A stretch of 64,000 bases of DNA from Candidatus Hecatella orcuttiae (GTDB taxonomy: Archaea > Thermoproteota > Bathyarchaeia > Hecatellales > Hecatellaceae): positions 288,001 to 352,000 of the forward strand of contig MTLY02000001.1 in NCBI GenBank assembly GCA_002011035.2, in the 5' to 3' direction. Positions 1-10,572 of this stretch are shown piece after piece; the stretch's first letter is position 1, and each line of letters opens with the position of its first letter. Position numbers and translations under genes: made by a program. A model generated the notes under the pieces. That model ran no database searches and had not been told where the DNA came from. It saw only the letters and a list, made by a program, of their open reading frames with translations.

Positions 1-506
1 AGGACAACTTCCCCCTTCCGGACGTCCTCTCCAACCTTGGAAACATTCTGCCCCTGACTCACTGTTCGGTAAACTTCTAGGATGCCGGAATCATGGAGGT
101 TGGTGTACTCTAACATGATAACCGCGTCAGCACCTTCAGGCAGGGGAGCTCCTGTCCAGACTCTCACCGCCTGCCCTTTTTTGACAATGAGCTCTGCCTT
201 CCTTCCCACCTCCACTGTTCCAACCACGTCCAAAAGAACCGGGTTGGTGGCAGAAGCCCCTGAAGTGTCCTCCGCCTTGACGGCGTAGCCGTCCATGGCA
301 GCCCTGTCAAAAGGTGGAATATCCACTTCAGCCGTGAGGTTTTGGGCTAAAACCCGCCCCGCAGCATCGGAAATCGGAACCTCCTCAGCATCGCGGACTT
401 TAATTTGAACCGTCGTGAAGTATCGGTCTAGGGCTTCTGCCGCCTTCAAGGATTCAGCGAATCCTTTCAACTTAACATCTCGCATGTTTTCTGAGATAGG
501 GGACAT
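1..506 (-). CDS. moeA: Molybdopterin molybdotransferase MoeA, N-terminal part (runs off the window start)
   Basis: Manual translation of the minus strand: GRVLAQNLTAEVDIPPFDRAAMDGYAV...WTGAPLPEGADAVIMLE...GEDV. Start is ATG 506 or 485. Confidence 0.9.
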   Translation of the reverse strand, partial: MSPISENMRDVKLKGFAESLKAAEALDRYFTTVQIKVRDAEEVPISDAAGRVLAQNLTAEVDIPPFDRAAMDGYAVKAEDTSGASATNPVLLDVVGTVEVGRKAELIVKKGQAVRVWTGAPLPEGADAVIMLEYTNLHDSGILEVYRTVSQGQNVSKVGEDVRKGEVV

Positions 507-616
507 GACTTTATACATCCCTGTTTAAGATAGACTGAAAAACACAGCCTCATAAGGATATACATTATGCCTAATGCGAAAGACCCGGAGAAAGACTTTG
601 GAGACAACGTCTTAAG

Positions 617-1804
617 TTAAATTTTTCTGGCAAATTCTTCTCCGTACTCCAAGCATTTTCGGGTTTCTTCCTCGTCTGGAACCCATTTGACAGTCAAGCC
701 GGGGGACAGTATCTCTATTCCCGCCTGCCGGAGGGCTTCTTCAATATGCCTCACCGCACCTCCACCCCACCCGTAGGAGCCAAAGGCGGCTGCAACTTTT
801 TTCCTAGGCTTTAACCCCTTTAGGTCTTCGAGGAAGGATGCAAGAGTTGGGAGGATGCCGCTGTTGATGGTAGAGGAGCCTACTAGGAGGCCTTTAGCTT
901 CAAGAAGCTCCCTAATCAGGGCTCCTCGGTCTGAGAGCGGCAGCCTGAACAGCCTTACTTCAACGCCTTCCCTGCGGATGCCTTCGACGATGGCTTTAGC
1001 CATCTTCTCCGTGCTGCCCCACATAGTATCGTAGACGACTAGGATTTTCTTTTCAGCCTCTCCCCGAGCCCAACAGAGGTAGGCTTCAAGGATCTTCGCT
1101 GGGTTGCTCCGCCAAATGACACCATGGCTTGGAGCTATCATGGCGACACTCAGGTTTCGTTGCTGAAGTTCCTCTATTTTCTTTATCACCAAGGAGCTGA
1201 AAGGCCAGAGGATGTTGGCGTAATATTTAGCCGCCTCCTCCATTAGAATGTTCTCATCCACCTCGTCGTCAAACCGCTTTGAGGTTGCCAGATGCTGGCC
1301 GAAGGCGTCGTTGGGCAAAAGCAGACCGTCTTTTCCTACATAGGTGAACATGCTGTCAGGCCAGTGCAACATGGGAGCCTCTATGAAGCTTAGAGTCCTT
1401 TCGCCGAGGTTTATTTCGTCCCCGGTTTTTACCACCTGAAAATTCCAGTCTCTGAAAAAATAGTGTTTAAGTAATCCCTCTTTACATCTGGCCGTGCCTA
1501 CCACCTTTGCCTTCGGAGCGAACTTTAAAACTTCGGCTAGGGCTCCGGAATGGTCCGTCTCCACATGGTTGATGACGATGTAGTCAATTTTTTCGGGTTC
1601 CACTATCTCCCTGATTCTCTCCATCATTTCCCCTCCAAAAGGGGCGTAGACACAGTCCACCAAGACTATTTTTCCGTCCACAATGAGGTAGGCGTTGTAG
1701 GTTGTCCCCCGAGGTGTGGAGTAAGTGAAGCCGTGGAAGTTTCTGACGTTCCAGTCCACCGCACCGACCCAGTAAATGTTTTCTAGAACCTCAACCGGCT
1801 TCAT
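617..1804 (-). CDS. fprA: Flavodiiron protein FprA (MBL + flavodoxin domains)
   Basis: NHVETDH, HWPD, DAFGQH, PSHG, YDTMWGST and GSYGW motifs. ATG at 1804 (MKPVEV) preferred over the ORF-track start. Confidence 0.92.
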   Translation of the reverse strand: MKPVEVLENIYWVGAVDWNVRNFHGFTYSTPRGTTYNAYLIVDGKIVLVDCVYAPFGGEMMERIREIVEPEKIDYIVINHVETDHSGALAEVLKFAPKAKVVGTARCKEGLLKHYFFRDWNFQVVKTGDEINLGERTLSFIEAPMLHWPDSMFTYVGKDGLLLPNDAFGQHLATSKRFDDEVDENILMEEAAKYYANILWPFSSLVIKKIEELQQRNLSVAMIAPSHGVIWRSNPAKILEAYLCWARGEAEKKILVVYDTMWGSTEKMAKAIVEGIRREGVEVRLFRLPLSDRGALIRELLEAKGLLVGSSTINSGILPTLASFLEDLKGLKPRKKVAAAFGSYGWGGGAVRHIEEALRQAGIEILSPGLTVKWVPDEEETRKCLEYGEEFARKI

Positions 1805-1931
1805 AAAGGACCGCCTGATTTCAGAGAATGTTATCTTAGCTCCGATAAGAGTTTTCCTCTCCCCCACCTTTCAGCCTACTGCGGAGTGAAGTGATTAGCT
1901 TAAATAGGCGGCTTCGGAAAACTATAAAATC

Positions 1932-2561
1932 ATGGCCCAGTATGGGTTTACTCCCCCTGCCGCATTCAGGCCTGTGATGGTTTTCATCGACGGAGGCTAT
2001 GTGCGGGAGATTTTCAGGGAAAAATTCGGCCATGATAGCATAGACTTTCATAGATTGGTCACCATCATGAACGAATATCCTTTTCGAGGAAAAAGCATTC
2101 AAGGAGAACTGCTGAGAGCCTACTACTACGACGCCATAGTCGAGCAGACGGAAGACCCCCATCTGTTCAGCAGACAGCAGGCTTACTTTGACAATATTGA
2201 AAAGTCTCCCGACATCCAAGTTAGGCTGGGAAGACTGATTCGAACCCATGCGGGTTACAGGCAGAAAGGCGTGGATGTGCTACTGGCCATTGATATGCTG
2301 AGCATGGCCTTCCAAAACCGCTACGAAATCGCCATTTTTCTGGGCGGAGACGACGACTTTGTAGACCTCATCGACGCCGTTAAAAATTCAGCCGGCAAGA
2401 GAGTTTTCGGCTTCTACTACCCTCACCGAATATCTAGACGGCTCTTCAATTCCTTTGACCAAAGATTCGAATTGGATGAAAACATTTTAAACAGCATTAA
2501 AAAACAGGGAGACCACTCTGCACCAGGAACAGACAAAAAAGGCGGGAACGCTAGGTTTTAG
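1932..2561 (+). CDS. NYN (LabA/DUF88) PIN-like domain protein
   Basis: VFIDGGY, QKGVDVLLAIDM and GDDDF motifs. Confidence 0.88.
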   Translation: MAQYGFTPPAAFRPVMVFIDGGYVREIFREKFGHDSIDFHRLVTIMNEYPFRGKSIQGELLRAYYYDAIVEQTEDPHLFSRQQAYFDNIEKSPDIQVRLGRLIRTHAGYRQKGVDVLLAIDMLSMAFQNRYEIAIFLGGDDDFVDLIDAVKNSAGKRVFGFYYPHRISRRLFNSFDQRFELDENILNSIKKQGDHSAPGTDKKGGNARF

Positions 2562-2569
2562 GGTCGAGT

Positions 2570-3565
2570 TCACCGCAGTTCTTGAAGAGCCTTAAGCCTT
2601 TTCACAATGTTTGGGTGGGTTGAGAAGATCTCCGCAAACCGGTCAGCCCAAGTAAGCCTCCGGGAGAGAATTTCGTTTACAAGCTGCTGATCCGATGCAT
2701 ATCGAGAATAATGGGAAAGTTCGACGACGTCTCTAGAAGCTCTGACAGGGTCGGCTATGAAGAGGGATTTGAAGCTGCTCAGGCTGCCTATTTCCCGCCC
2801 CTGATACCGCCTCATCCTCCCTGAGAAGCGAACGATCTTAGCCAAGCCTTCGGACAGTTTACGGGCGCCGTCCTCCACAATGCTGACACTGGTTCTGTCC
2901 GCGTAATACTCTCGGTATCGGCTTAAACCCAAGACGAAGAGAGAGAGAATCCAGTAGATGGCGAGGCAGGCGATGCCGATGAGGAAGGGCGCCGCTGCAC
3001 CTTGCCCTCTTCTAGCTCCGTAGCCGCCGAACCAAGTGGAGAGCATGAGGGAATAGCCTAGGAAATAGAATATAGCCGGCAGAACGGAGACGAACATCAT
3101 AATCTGCACATCTCGATGTTTGAGATGGCCTAACTCATGCCCTATCACGGCCTCCACCTCTTCCTCTTCCAAGTTCTTGAGCAGCCCCTCCGTTACCGCC
3201 ACCCTGCTCCCTGTCAAGGGGGAACCGTAGGCAAAGGCATTGGGAATTGGAAGGCGGGCAATCATCAGCTTAGGCGTCGCTAGGTTTAGCTTCCGGCTTA
3301 GCCTTTCCACCATTCCATAGAGGCGACCGTGCTCCGACCTTGAAGCTTCCTTAGCCTTGTACATGGCCTCTATGAGTTTAGGGGCGAAAAGCCACTGGAT
3401 GATGTTGAAGATGACCACGATGGGCATCAGAACCAAGAGACTGAGACTGCCGGTAAGAGTCAGAATGGCTGCGAAGAAAAGGGTGGAAGCTCCGATGATG
3501 AAAGCCAGCGTGCCGTACATGGAGAGGCGAAGCTTCAAAAGACTCATAGGGATACCCTCTCTCAT
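2570..3565 (-). CDS. htpX: Zinc metalloprotease HtpX (M48)
   Basis: PNAFA, HELGH, SRYREYYAD and FSTHP motifs; TM segments. Confidence 0.93.
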   Translation of the reverse strand: MREGIPMSLLKLRLSMYGTLAFIIGASTLFFAAILTLTGSLSLLVLMPIVVIFNIIQWLFAPKLIEAMYKAKEASRSEHGRLYGMVERLSRKLNLATPKLMIARLPIPNAFAYGSPLTGSRVAVTEGLLKNLEEEEVEAVIGHELGHLKHRDVQIMMFVSVLPAIFYFLGYSLMLSTWFGGYGARRGQGAAAPFLIGIACLAIYWILSLFVLGLSRYREYYADRTSVSIVEDGARKLSEGLAKIVRFSGRMRRYQGREIGSLSSFKSLFIADPVRASRDVVELSHYSRYASDQQLVNEILSRRLTWADRFAEIFSTHPNIVKRLKALQELR

Positions 3566-3721
3566 TGAGAGAAGAAAAAGAGGTTTATAACTTTAACGTT
3601 GACACATTAAACCGCATTCAGTTAGCTGAATGCTCTTGGGGAAAGCTATTTAAGCAGACTTTGAAAAATACTGCTAACTCTTCCACCTCTAGTAATTGCC
3701 GAGAAGCGGAGAAGACCTCTG

Positions 3722-5317
3722 ATGCAGGGAGAACGGTATTCCCCCCGTATTCAAGAACACCCCATTCTCAGCTTTGAAAGGGGGAGGAAAATAAAGTTCT
3801 TCTTCGACGGCCGGGAGATCGAAGCCTACGAAGGGGAAACCATTACGGCGGCCCTCTACGCGGCGGGGATAAGACAGCTCACCGAGAGCCTGAAATACAG
3901 GCGGCCTCGAGGGTTCTTCTGCGCCATAGGAAAATGCTCCAGCTGCCTAGCTCAAGTTGACGGTGTATCCAACGTCAAAACCTGCGTAACCTTGGTTAAG
4001 GAAGGCATGGATGTCAGATCCCAGAAAAGAAAATTTTCTCTCCTAGGCTCCTTGGTTTCAGCCGCCTTGAAGCGCGGCCTGTTTCCATCCGTCGGAGGCC
4101 ATTACAAGAAGCTTGTGGGCGGCCCGCTTGTCTGGCCTCTGGCCCGGAGAGCCATAAAAGCCATGGCGGGATTCGGGGAATTCCCCGAACCTAACCCGAC
4201 GCTGGGGAAGTTTCTTCCCAGCGAAACATGGGAAGGAGACTTGGTGGTGATAGGCGGCGGCCCCGCGGGTATTTCAGCGGCCCTCTACGGAGCTAAGCTG
4301 GGTTTGAAGGTGGCGTTGGTGGATGAAAACAGCCGCCTAGGGGGGCAACTGGTCAAGCAGACCCATCGCTTTTTCGGCTCTAAGGAATATTATGCTGGAA
4401 CTAGGGGATTTGAGATTGGGAGAATTCTGGAAAAAGAAGCCGCCAGCTACAGTAACATCACCGTCTTGCTAGACACCACCGTCTTCGGCTTTTACCCCGG
4501 CAACATCTTGGGCGCAGTTCAGAAGATAGATTTCTGCAAGGAGAAGATGGTCAAGCTTAGAGCTAAAAGAATGGTCTTCGCCACCGGAGCCTACGAGAGA
4601 ACTTTGATCTTCGAGAACAACGACCTGCCAGGGGTTATGGGAGCCGGAGGCGTTCAAACATTGATGAATGTTCAAGGGATAAGACCTGGGAAAAACGGCC
4701 TCATCATCGGAGCCGGCAATGTGGGCCTTATCCTCGCCTATCAACTGCTCCAAGCAGGGGTGAGGGTGGAGGCTGTTATTGAGGCCATGCCAGGGGTAGG
4801 CGGATATTTCGTCCACGCAGCCAAGATTAGGAGAGCTGGGGTTCCCATTCTCACCTCGCACACGATCCTGAAGGCATTGGGGAAGGGAAGCGTAGAAGGC
4901 GCTGTGGTGGCCAAGCTTGACGACAAGTGGAATCCCCTTCCCGGCAGCGAGAAAGAACTAGAATGCGACTTTATCTGTGTGGCCGTGGGGTTGCATCCCA
5001 GCTTTGAACTCCCCTACCAAGCGGGTTGTCAGCTGAAGTACGTGCCTGAGCTGGGGGGAATGGTTCCCGTCCACGACCAATGGATGGAAACCTCGGTTCC
5101 CGGGATCTACATCGCTGGAGACACTTCAGGCATTGAAGAGGCCAGCACCGCCATTCTAGGGGGGAGAATAGCCGGCCTCTCCGCCGGCTTATCCTTGGTT
5201 AAAGACCGAGAAGCGGAAAAGTTGCGATCGGAATTCGTGAAAGCCCTAGAAGAGTTCAGGGACAATCCTCTAAGCGCAAAAATCAGGGAAGGAAAGAAAA
5301 AGGCTCAACCGAGGTGA
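3722..5317 (+). CDS. Dye-linked L-proline/sarcosine dehydrogenase-like alpha subunit (2Fe-2S + FAD/NAD oxidoreductase)
   Basis: RPRGFFCAIGKCSSC 2Fe-2S motif; GGGPAG, ATGAYER, GAGNVG. Confidence 0.82.
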   Translation: MQGERYSPRIQEHPILSFERGRKIKFFFDGREIEAYEGETITAALYAAGIRQLTESLKYRRPRGFFCAIGKCSSCLAQVDGVSNVKTCVTLVKEGMDVRSQKRKFSLLGSLVSAALKRGLFPSVGGHYKKLVGGPLVWPLARRAIKAMAGFGEFPEPNPTLGKFLPSETWEGDLVVIGGGPAGISAALYGAKLGLKVALVDENSRLGGQLVKQTHRFFGSKEYYAGTRGFEIGRILEKEAASYSNITVLLDTTVFGFYPGNILGAVQKIDFCKEKMVKLRAKRMVFATGAYERTLIFENNDLPGVMGAGGVQTLMNVQGIRPGKNGLIIGAGNVGLILAYQLLQAGVRVEAVIEAMPGVGGYFVHAAKIRRAGVPILTSHTILKALGKGSVEGAVVAKLDDKWNPLPGSEKELECDFICVAVGLHPSFELPYQAGCQLKYVPELGGMVPVHDQWMETSVPGIYIAGDTSGIEEASTAILGGRIAGLSAGLSLVKDREAEKLRSEFVKALEEFRDNPLSAKIREGKKKAQPR

Positions 5318-5323
5318 AGTAGG

Positions 5324-5809
5324 GTGGAGAAGCGTCTGAGGCAGGGCTTCATCACCTCAGAGGACCTGAAAAACCTGCCCGACAAGGAGCGGTTGAAGAA
5401 GGGCTGGGTTGCCGTGATCGAATGTCCTCAAAACATTCCCTGCGACGCCTGTATCTACGCGTGTAAAACCCAAGCTTTGGAGATGAAGACGGTGGCAGAC
5501 CTACCTGTGATAAACTACGATAAATGCATAGGATGCTTCCAGTGCATGCACGCCTGCCCAGGCGTAGCCATCTTCATGGTGCGCCTAACCGATGACGGAA
5601 AAGGCATGGTCAGTCTACCCTACGAGTTCACCGACCTCCCTAAAGCGGGGGAAACCGTGGACCTCCTCAACCGGTTAGGAGAGAAGCTGGGTCCAGCTAG
5701 GGTGATTAGAACCTTCAGCATGGGTAAGGACGCCGCCAAGTCAAGTTACGTCACCGTGGAAACTGCGCCTGAACTGATATGGGATGCAAGGTTCATTCGA
5801 AGAAGGTGA
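5324..5809 (+). CDS. 4Fe-4S ferredoxin-like subunit of the dehydrogenase complex
   Basis: CPQNIPCDAC...C and CIGCFQCMHACP motifs; operonic. Confidence 0.82.
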   Translation: MEKRLRQGFITSEDLKNLPDKERLKKGWVAVIECPQNIPCDACIYACKTQALEMKTVADLPVINYDKCIGCFQCMHACPGVAIFMVRLTDDGKGMVSLPYEFTDLPKAGETVDLLNRLGEKLGPARVIRTFSMGKDAAKSSYVTVETAPELIWDARFIRRR

Positions 5810-5815
5810 AAACAG

Positions 5816-6103
5816 GTGGGAAAAGGAAAGGAGATAGTTTGTTTCTGCGAGGACGTATCCAAGGAAGAAATCGTGAAAGCCATCAAAATGGGCTTCAAGG
5901 ACTTGGAAACCTTGAAAAGGTTCACAGGCATCAGCACTGGGCCCTGCCAAGGGAAATCATGCCTTTTCCAAGTCATGAGAATTCTAGCCCAAATGGAAGG
6001 CAAAAAAATGGAGGAAATGGCGACCACGACCATCAGGCCGCCGGCAAGGCCTATCCTCATAGGCGCGCTGGCCGAGGGGGAAACCCGTGCTGGAGAAGGC
6101 TGA
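5816..6103 (+). CDS. BFD-like [2Fe-2S] small subunit
   Basis: VCFCEDV...GPCQGKSC...RPPARP. Confidence 0.85.
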   Translation: MGKGKEIVCFCEDVSKEEIVKAIKMGFKDLETLKRFTGISTGPCQGKSCLFQVMRILAQMEGKKMEEMATTTIRPPARPILIGALAEGETRAGEG

Positions 6104-7286
6104 GGTTGTCGTAATAGGCGGGGGAGTCGTCGGCTTATCCGTAGCCTACAACCTAGTCAAGCGAGGCGTGGGAAAAGTCTCCGTGCTAGAGAGGAGATAC
6201 CTCGGAAGCGGAGCGTCCACCCGGAACTGCTGCGGAATCCGAAGCCAGTTTGGAGCTGAGGAAAACATCCGACTGGCTAGGGAAAGTAAAAAAATTTTCC
6301 AAGGTCTCACCGCCGAGCTGGGCTTCAACATCCTCCACATTAAAGGAGGCTGTATGATGCTGGCGTCGACGCCGGAGGAGGCTGAGATCCTAGAACGGAA
6401 TGTTCGGCTTCAAAACCGTTTAGGTGTGAACACTAGGCTTCTGAACCCCGGAGAGCTTCGAGCACGGTTTCCCTATCTGAACCCTGATAAGATTAGGGCA
6501 GCCTCTTTCGACCCCACGGACAGTAAGGCTCACCATGACGCGGTGGTCATGGCCTACAGTGAAGCCTGCAGAAGGCTGGGCGTGGAGCTTAACACCTACA
6601 CCGAAGTCAAAGGCTTCAAGGTGGAGGGGAAAGCCATCAGGGCGGTGAAAACTAGCCGGGGGGAGGTAAAATGCTCCCGGGTGGTTAACGCGGCTGGAGT
6701 GTGGTCTCGGCAGGTGGCCAGAATGGCCGGGGTCAACCTTCCTAACAGGCCTCTGAGGGCGGAGGGAATGGTTACAGAGCCTTTCCATTATTTTCTCGAC
6801 CCCACCATCGTTCATCTCAACGGGCCCTTGGAGCTTACTCAAACTTTGAGAGGTGAGCTGGTAGGCGGGCTGGCGGACGGGGAAGATTTTTCCCTAAACC
6901 TTAACTCCAGCCTAAGCTTCGCGGAAAACTTCTGCAAAAGAGCAGTGGAAATCTTCCCCCGGCTGAAGTTCGCCAACCTCATGAGGCAGTGGGCTGGGTA
7001 CTTCGACGTAACCCCCGACGGAAGCCCCGTCCTCGGCCCAGCGGAGGAGGTGGAAAACTTCTTCCAAGCCAATGGTTTCAGCGGCCACGGTTTCACGCTG
7101 GCCCCGGTGGTAGGAAGGCTTTTAGCTGAAGTGATAGCGAAGGGGAAAGCAACCCCATCCCTCGAACCTTTCTATCCCAGCAGATTTAGGGAGGGTAAGC
7201 TCATCGTGGAGAATACCGCCCCCGTCGACCGGCTGAGCTGGGCTTCTACACTTCCAGAAGCCTCTTCTTCAGCGCCGAGTCGTTGA
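6087..7286 (+). CDS. FAD-dependent oxidoreductase (sarcosine oxidase beta/proline dehydrogenase beta-like, DAO family)
   Basis: [33 protein letters not shown]. Confidence 0.85.
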   Translation: MLEKAEVVVIGGGVVGLSVAYNLVKRGVGKVSVLERRYLGSGASTRNCCGIRSQFGAEENIRLARESKKIFQGLTAELGFNILHIKGGCMMLASTPEEAEILERNVRLQNRLGVNTRLLNPGELRARFPYLNPDKIRAASFDPTDSKAHHDAVVMAYSEACRRLGVELNTYTEVKGFKVEGKAIRAVKTSRGEVKCSRVVNAAGVWSRQVARMAGVNLPNRPLRAEGMVTEPFHYFLDPTIVHLNGPLELTQTLRGELVGGLADGEDFSLNLNSSLSFAENFCKRAVEIFPRLKFANLMRQWAGYFDVTPDGSPVLGPAEEVENFFQANGFSGHGFTLAPVVGRLLAEVIAKGKATPSLEPFYPSRFREGKLIVENTAPVDRLSWASTLPEASSSAPSR

Positions 7287-7671
7287 GGGCTAGGATTCGG
7301 GCTGCGAGCCAAGCTGCGTTTTCTCCATTGTCGATGCCCACGCAGGCGGTGGGGACTCCCTTGGGCATTTGAACCATAGAGAGCAGAGCGTCGAGGCCTC
7401 CCAGCTTCACGCTTTTGGGCACCCCTATGACGGGTTTGAGGGTTCGGGAGGCGATGAAGCCGGGAAGATGCGCGGAGAGGCCGGCTATGCCTATAAAAAC
7501 TTCTGCCTCTGACTTTTCCAAGTATTTCTCCAGTTCCTTGGGGGTTCGGTGGGCGGAGAGAACTTTGACCTCATAGGGTATGCCCAAGGTTTTTAGGATT
7601 TTTTCTGCCTTGGAAGCTATGTCCCTGTCGTTTTCGCTTCCCATCAGAATAGATACTTTGACTTTCCTCAT
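7246..7671 (-). CDS. purE: N5-CAIR mutase / AIR carboxylase
   Basis: [28 protein letters not shown]. Confidence 0.95.
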   Translation of the reverse strand: MRKVKVSILMGSENDRDIASKAEKILKTLGIPYEVKVLSAHRTPKELEKYLEKSEAEVFIGIAGLSAHLPGFIASRTLKPVIGVPKSVKLGGLDALLSMVQMPKGVPTACVGIDNGENAAWLAARILALNDSALKKRLLEV

Positions 7672-7688
7672 TTTTATTCAAATCCTCT

Positions 7689-9176
7689 TCAGGCTTTTAG
7701 GACGAGTTTACCTTTTCTGGGAATCCATTCGACGGTTTTCCCCACCAGCCCTTTTTTAGCCCTGTACTTGTAGACAGCCCGCATAAGCTGGGCCTGCTCT
7801 ATTCTGACTTCCAGAAGTTCCCTTGAGCCAATGTCGCTTCGGTGATAAACACCCCAGCCGTCTCCCAGTTTCACGTAGGGCATGCAGGCTTCGGCCTTTT
7901 CCCCAGCCTCCATGATGGTTTCGCCTTTGGCGAAGATTTCCACCAGCCGGGAGCCGCCTGAATAGATGGCGCCGTCAGGTTTCTGGTCGGTGGATGCGAA
8001 GTAAACTCGGCCTCCATGCCTTCTGATGGCTTCGAGGTCTATGGAGAGAGGGTGACCTTTGGCCAGCTCTCTCTGGTCCGGATAGCCTCTTGGAGAGACA
8101 CATTTCACCACGGAGGCAGCATTCTCCAACTCCAGCCTGATTTTGTGGAGTTTCTCATCGAGGATGGCCTCGCATATTTCCACCATGTCGGTTTTCAGAA
8201 GGGGAAGCACGTTGACTGCCTCCGGGTCTCCCAGCCGGGAGTAGAATTCGATGATGGTGGGGCCCCAGCTGGCTGTGAGCATCATCTGCCCTGAAACCAC
8301 TCCCTTGTATTTTTCTCCTGTTTCCGCCTCCACCGCCTTCACGCACTTGTTCACAATGCTGACAGACTGCCGGTATTCCTCCATGGTGATGAAAGGGAGG
8401 AGAGGACCTTTCCCTGCGATGGAACCCATTCCCCCAGTTTCAGGACCTATGTCCATTTCGAAGGCGTTTTTGTTGTCTTGAACTAAGGGCAGAGGTCTGA
8501 CGGTTCTGCCGTCGGTGAAGGCTTGAAGCGTGTACTCAGGCCCGTCTACTTTTTCTTCAATGAGGATGCGGTCTTCGATGTCCGTGTAATCTTTCATGTG
8601 TTCGCTGTAGATGATTTTAGCATGTTCTTCTTTGACGTGGGATTTCTCCGCGCTTAGGTAGGCTTGGAGGTCTGCCACCACTTTGACCCCCTTCCCTCCC
8701 GCCTGTCTCGCAGGCTTTAAAGCTAAGCTTTCCGCGTACTCCCGCAGATAGGCGACGGCTTCGCTTACCTCCTTGAAAACCTTGAACCTCAGCCTTCCGG
8801 GGATCTTATACTTCCACATAAGCCTTCTCATGGAAGCCTTGGACATCTCCAACTCCGCAGGACCCTTCTTCGCCCCCACGCAGGGTATTCCCGCCTTCTC
8901 CAAGGTGTCAGCCACACCGTGGAAAAGAGGCTCCTCAGGCCCTACGAAAACCCAATCCACATGGAATTTTTCAGCCGCCTCCCAGACAGTTTGAGGGTTC
9001 TTGGAATCCCCTAGGAAAACTTCGCCGCCTGTTTTTTGGCAGAGGGACGCTATGCCTGGATTGTTCAGCCTCATAACAGCGTAAAGCCTAGGGTTTTGGG
9101 GGCTGCGGCAGATAGCTTCCGCTATGGCGTGCTCTCTGCCGCCTTCACCGACTAGCAAGACCTTAACGGCCATCAT
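7689..9176 (-). CDS. purD: Phosphoribosylamine-glycine ligase
   Basis: GGREHA, GPEEPL, GGKGV, GPETGGMG, RLGDPE. Confidence 0.95.
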   Translation of the reverse strand: MMAVKVLLVGEGGREHAIAEAICRSPQNPRLYAVMRLNNPGIASLCQKTGGEVFLGDSKNPQTVWEAAEKFHVDWVFVGPEEPLFHGVADTLEKAGIPCVGAKKGPAELEMSKASMRRLMWKYKIPGRLRFKVFKEVSEAVAYLREYAESLALKPARQAGGKGVKVVADLQAYLSAEKSHVKEEHAKIIYSEHMKDYTDIEDRILIEEKVDGPEYTLQAFTDGRTVRPLPLVQDNKNAFEMDIGPETGGMGSIAGKGPLLPFITMEEYRQSVSIVNKCVKAVEAETGEKYKGVVSGQMMLTASWGPTIIEFYSRLGDPEAVNVLPLLKTDMVEICEAILDEKLHKIRLELENAASVVKCVSPRGYPDQRELAKGHPLSIDLEAIRRHGGRVYFASTDQKPDGAIYSGGSRLVEIFAKGETIMEAGEKAEACMPYVKLGDGWGVYHRSDIGSRELLEVRIEQAQLMRAVYKYRAKKGLVGKTVEWIPRKGKLVLKA

Positions 9177-10572
9177 CAGCGCCTCCCTCTTCTGGTGGAA
9201 GAGGATACTTACCTGAAAAACATCCCAAACACAGACGGCTTTTGGGAATGCCTAGGGCGTCGGTTAACCCTCGAAGACTCAGCCAGTGGAAACTGTCCGC
9301 CCCCACCACCTTTCCCACCTCTCCCGGAGTTAGGTTAGCAGCTATGAGTTCGTCTTCCGGAGGAACTTCAGTGCCGTAGGGGCATGAGGCCACCAGTCTA
9401 GGGCTGCCCACCCGGACGTGAATTTCCTTAGCGCCCATTCTATTCCTCATGAGGCTCACCGTGTTTTTGGTGGTTGTCCCTCGGACGACGCTGTCGTCGA
9501 CGAGAACTATTTTTTTCCCCGCCATAGCAGTCTTGATGGGGTTGAGTTTAAGCTGAACTCCCACCAGCCTTTCAAATTGAGTGGGCTTGATGGCGCTTCT
9601 GACCCTTCTCCCTGTCTGCACAAAACCCAGACCTAGGGGAGTTCCTGTTTCGTTGGAGTAGGCAACCGCAAAGGGGATGGCTGTCTCCGGGACACCTAAC
9701 ACCACCTCCGCATCCCTGACAGGGTTTTCTTTCGCCAGTCTTTTCCCGATCTCCATTCTCGCGTTGTAGACGCTGCTTCCGTTGATCCAAGAATCAGGCC
9801 TAGCGAGATAGACGTGTTCAAAGGCGCAATAGCTGGGCTGAGGCTTCACAGCCTGTTTTCTTTTGATGCTTTGGGAGTCGAAATAGTAGATTTCCCCCGG
9901 CTTTAGGTCGCTTTTGAAATCCGCCCCTATGACGTCCACAGCACAGCTTTCGGAGGCTACAACCCCGTAGTCAAAGCCGAAGCTTCCTATGGTTAAAGGC
10001 TTAACCCCTCGGGGATCCCGGGCGGCCACCATTTCACCTTTTCCTGTTAAGATAACAGTCGAGTATACGCCTTTCACCGTCTTCATCAGCTCAGCCATGG
10101 CGTCTAGGGGATGCTTTTCCTCCAATTCTCGGGAGAAAAGAGCTGCGAAAAGTTCAGCTTCGCTTTGGGGAACAAAGGGCTTGACCCTTCCTGTCAATTC
10201 CTTAACATTGAGAATTTTTCCATCGAAACATAAGGCAACTTTTTGAGGCCCCTCTACCAGCGCAGGCTGGATTTTTCCAAGCTCTTTCTCTGGCATAGCT
10301 GTTACGCAGCCTATGCCCATCCATCCTTTCAGGGCCTCTATGATTTTAGGCTCTGAGAACACTTGGTCTACGAGGCCTGGGGCCTTGTGATGGTAGAGGT
10401 TTCCATTCCCTGCGGAGGTGACAATTCCGCAGGTTTCTTGACCCCTGTGCTGGAGAGCCATGAGGCCGTAGTAGAGGAAGCGAGCCATCTTCCAAAGGCG
10501 GCTGAAGCCGTAAATGCCTATTATTCCACTGCCCACGGTAGACGGCCTCCTTCTTTCACCTCTAAACTTCAT
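9163..10572 (-). CDS. purF: Amidophosphoribosyltransferase paralog lacking the N-terminal catalytic Cys
   Basis: LQHRGQE and VDDSVVRGTT retained; SGIIG replaces CGIFG. Confidence 0.85.
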   Translation of the reverse strand: MKFRGERRRPSTVGSGIIGIYGFSRLWKMARFLYYGLMALQHRGQETCGIVTSAGNGNLYHHKAPGLVDQVFSEPKIIEALKGWMGIGCVTAMPEKELGKIQPALVEGPQKVALCFDGKILNVKELTGRVKPFVPQSEAELFAALFSRELEEKHPLDAMAELMKTVKGVYSTVILTGKGEMVAARDPRGVKPLTIGSFGFDYGVVASESCAVDVIGADFKSDLKPGEIYYFDSQSIKRKQAVKPQPSYCAFEHVYLARPDSWINGSSVYNARMEIGKRLAKENPVRDAEVVLGVPETAIPFAVAYSNETGTPLGLGFVQTGRRVRSAIKPTQFERLVGVQLKLNPIKTAMAGKKIVLVDDSVVRGTTTKNTVSLMRNRMGAKEIHVRVGSPRLVASCPYGTEVPPEDELIAANLTPGEVGKVVGADSFHWLSLRGLTDALGIPKSRLCLGCFSGKYPLPPEEGGADDGR

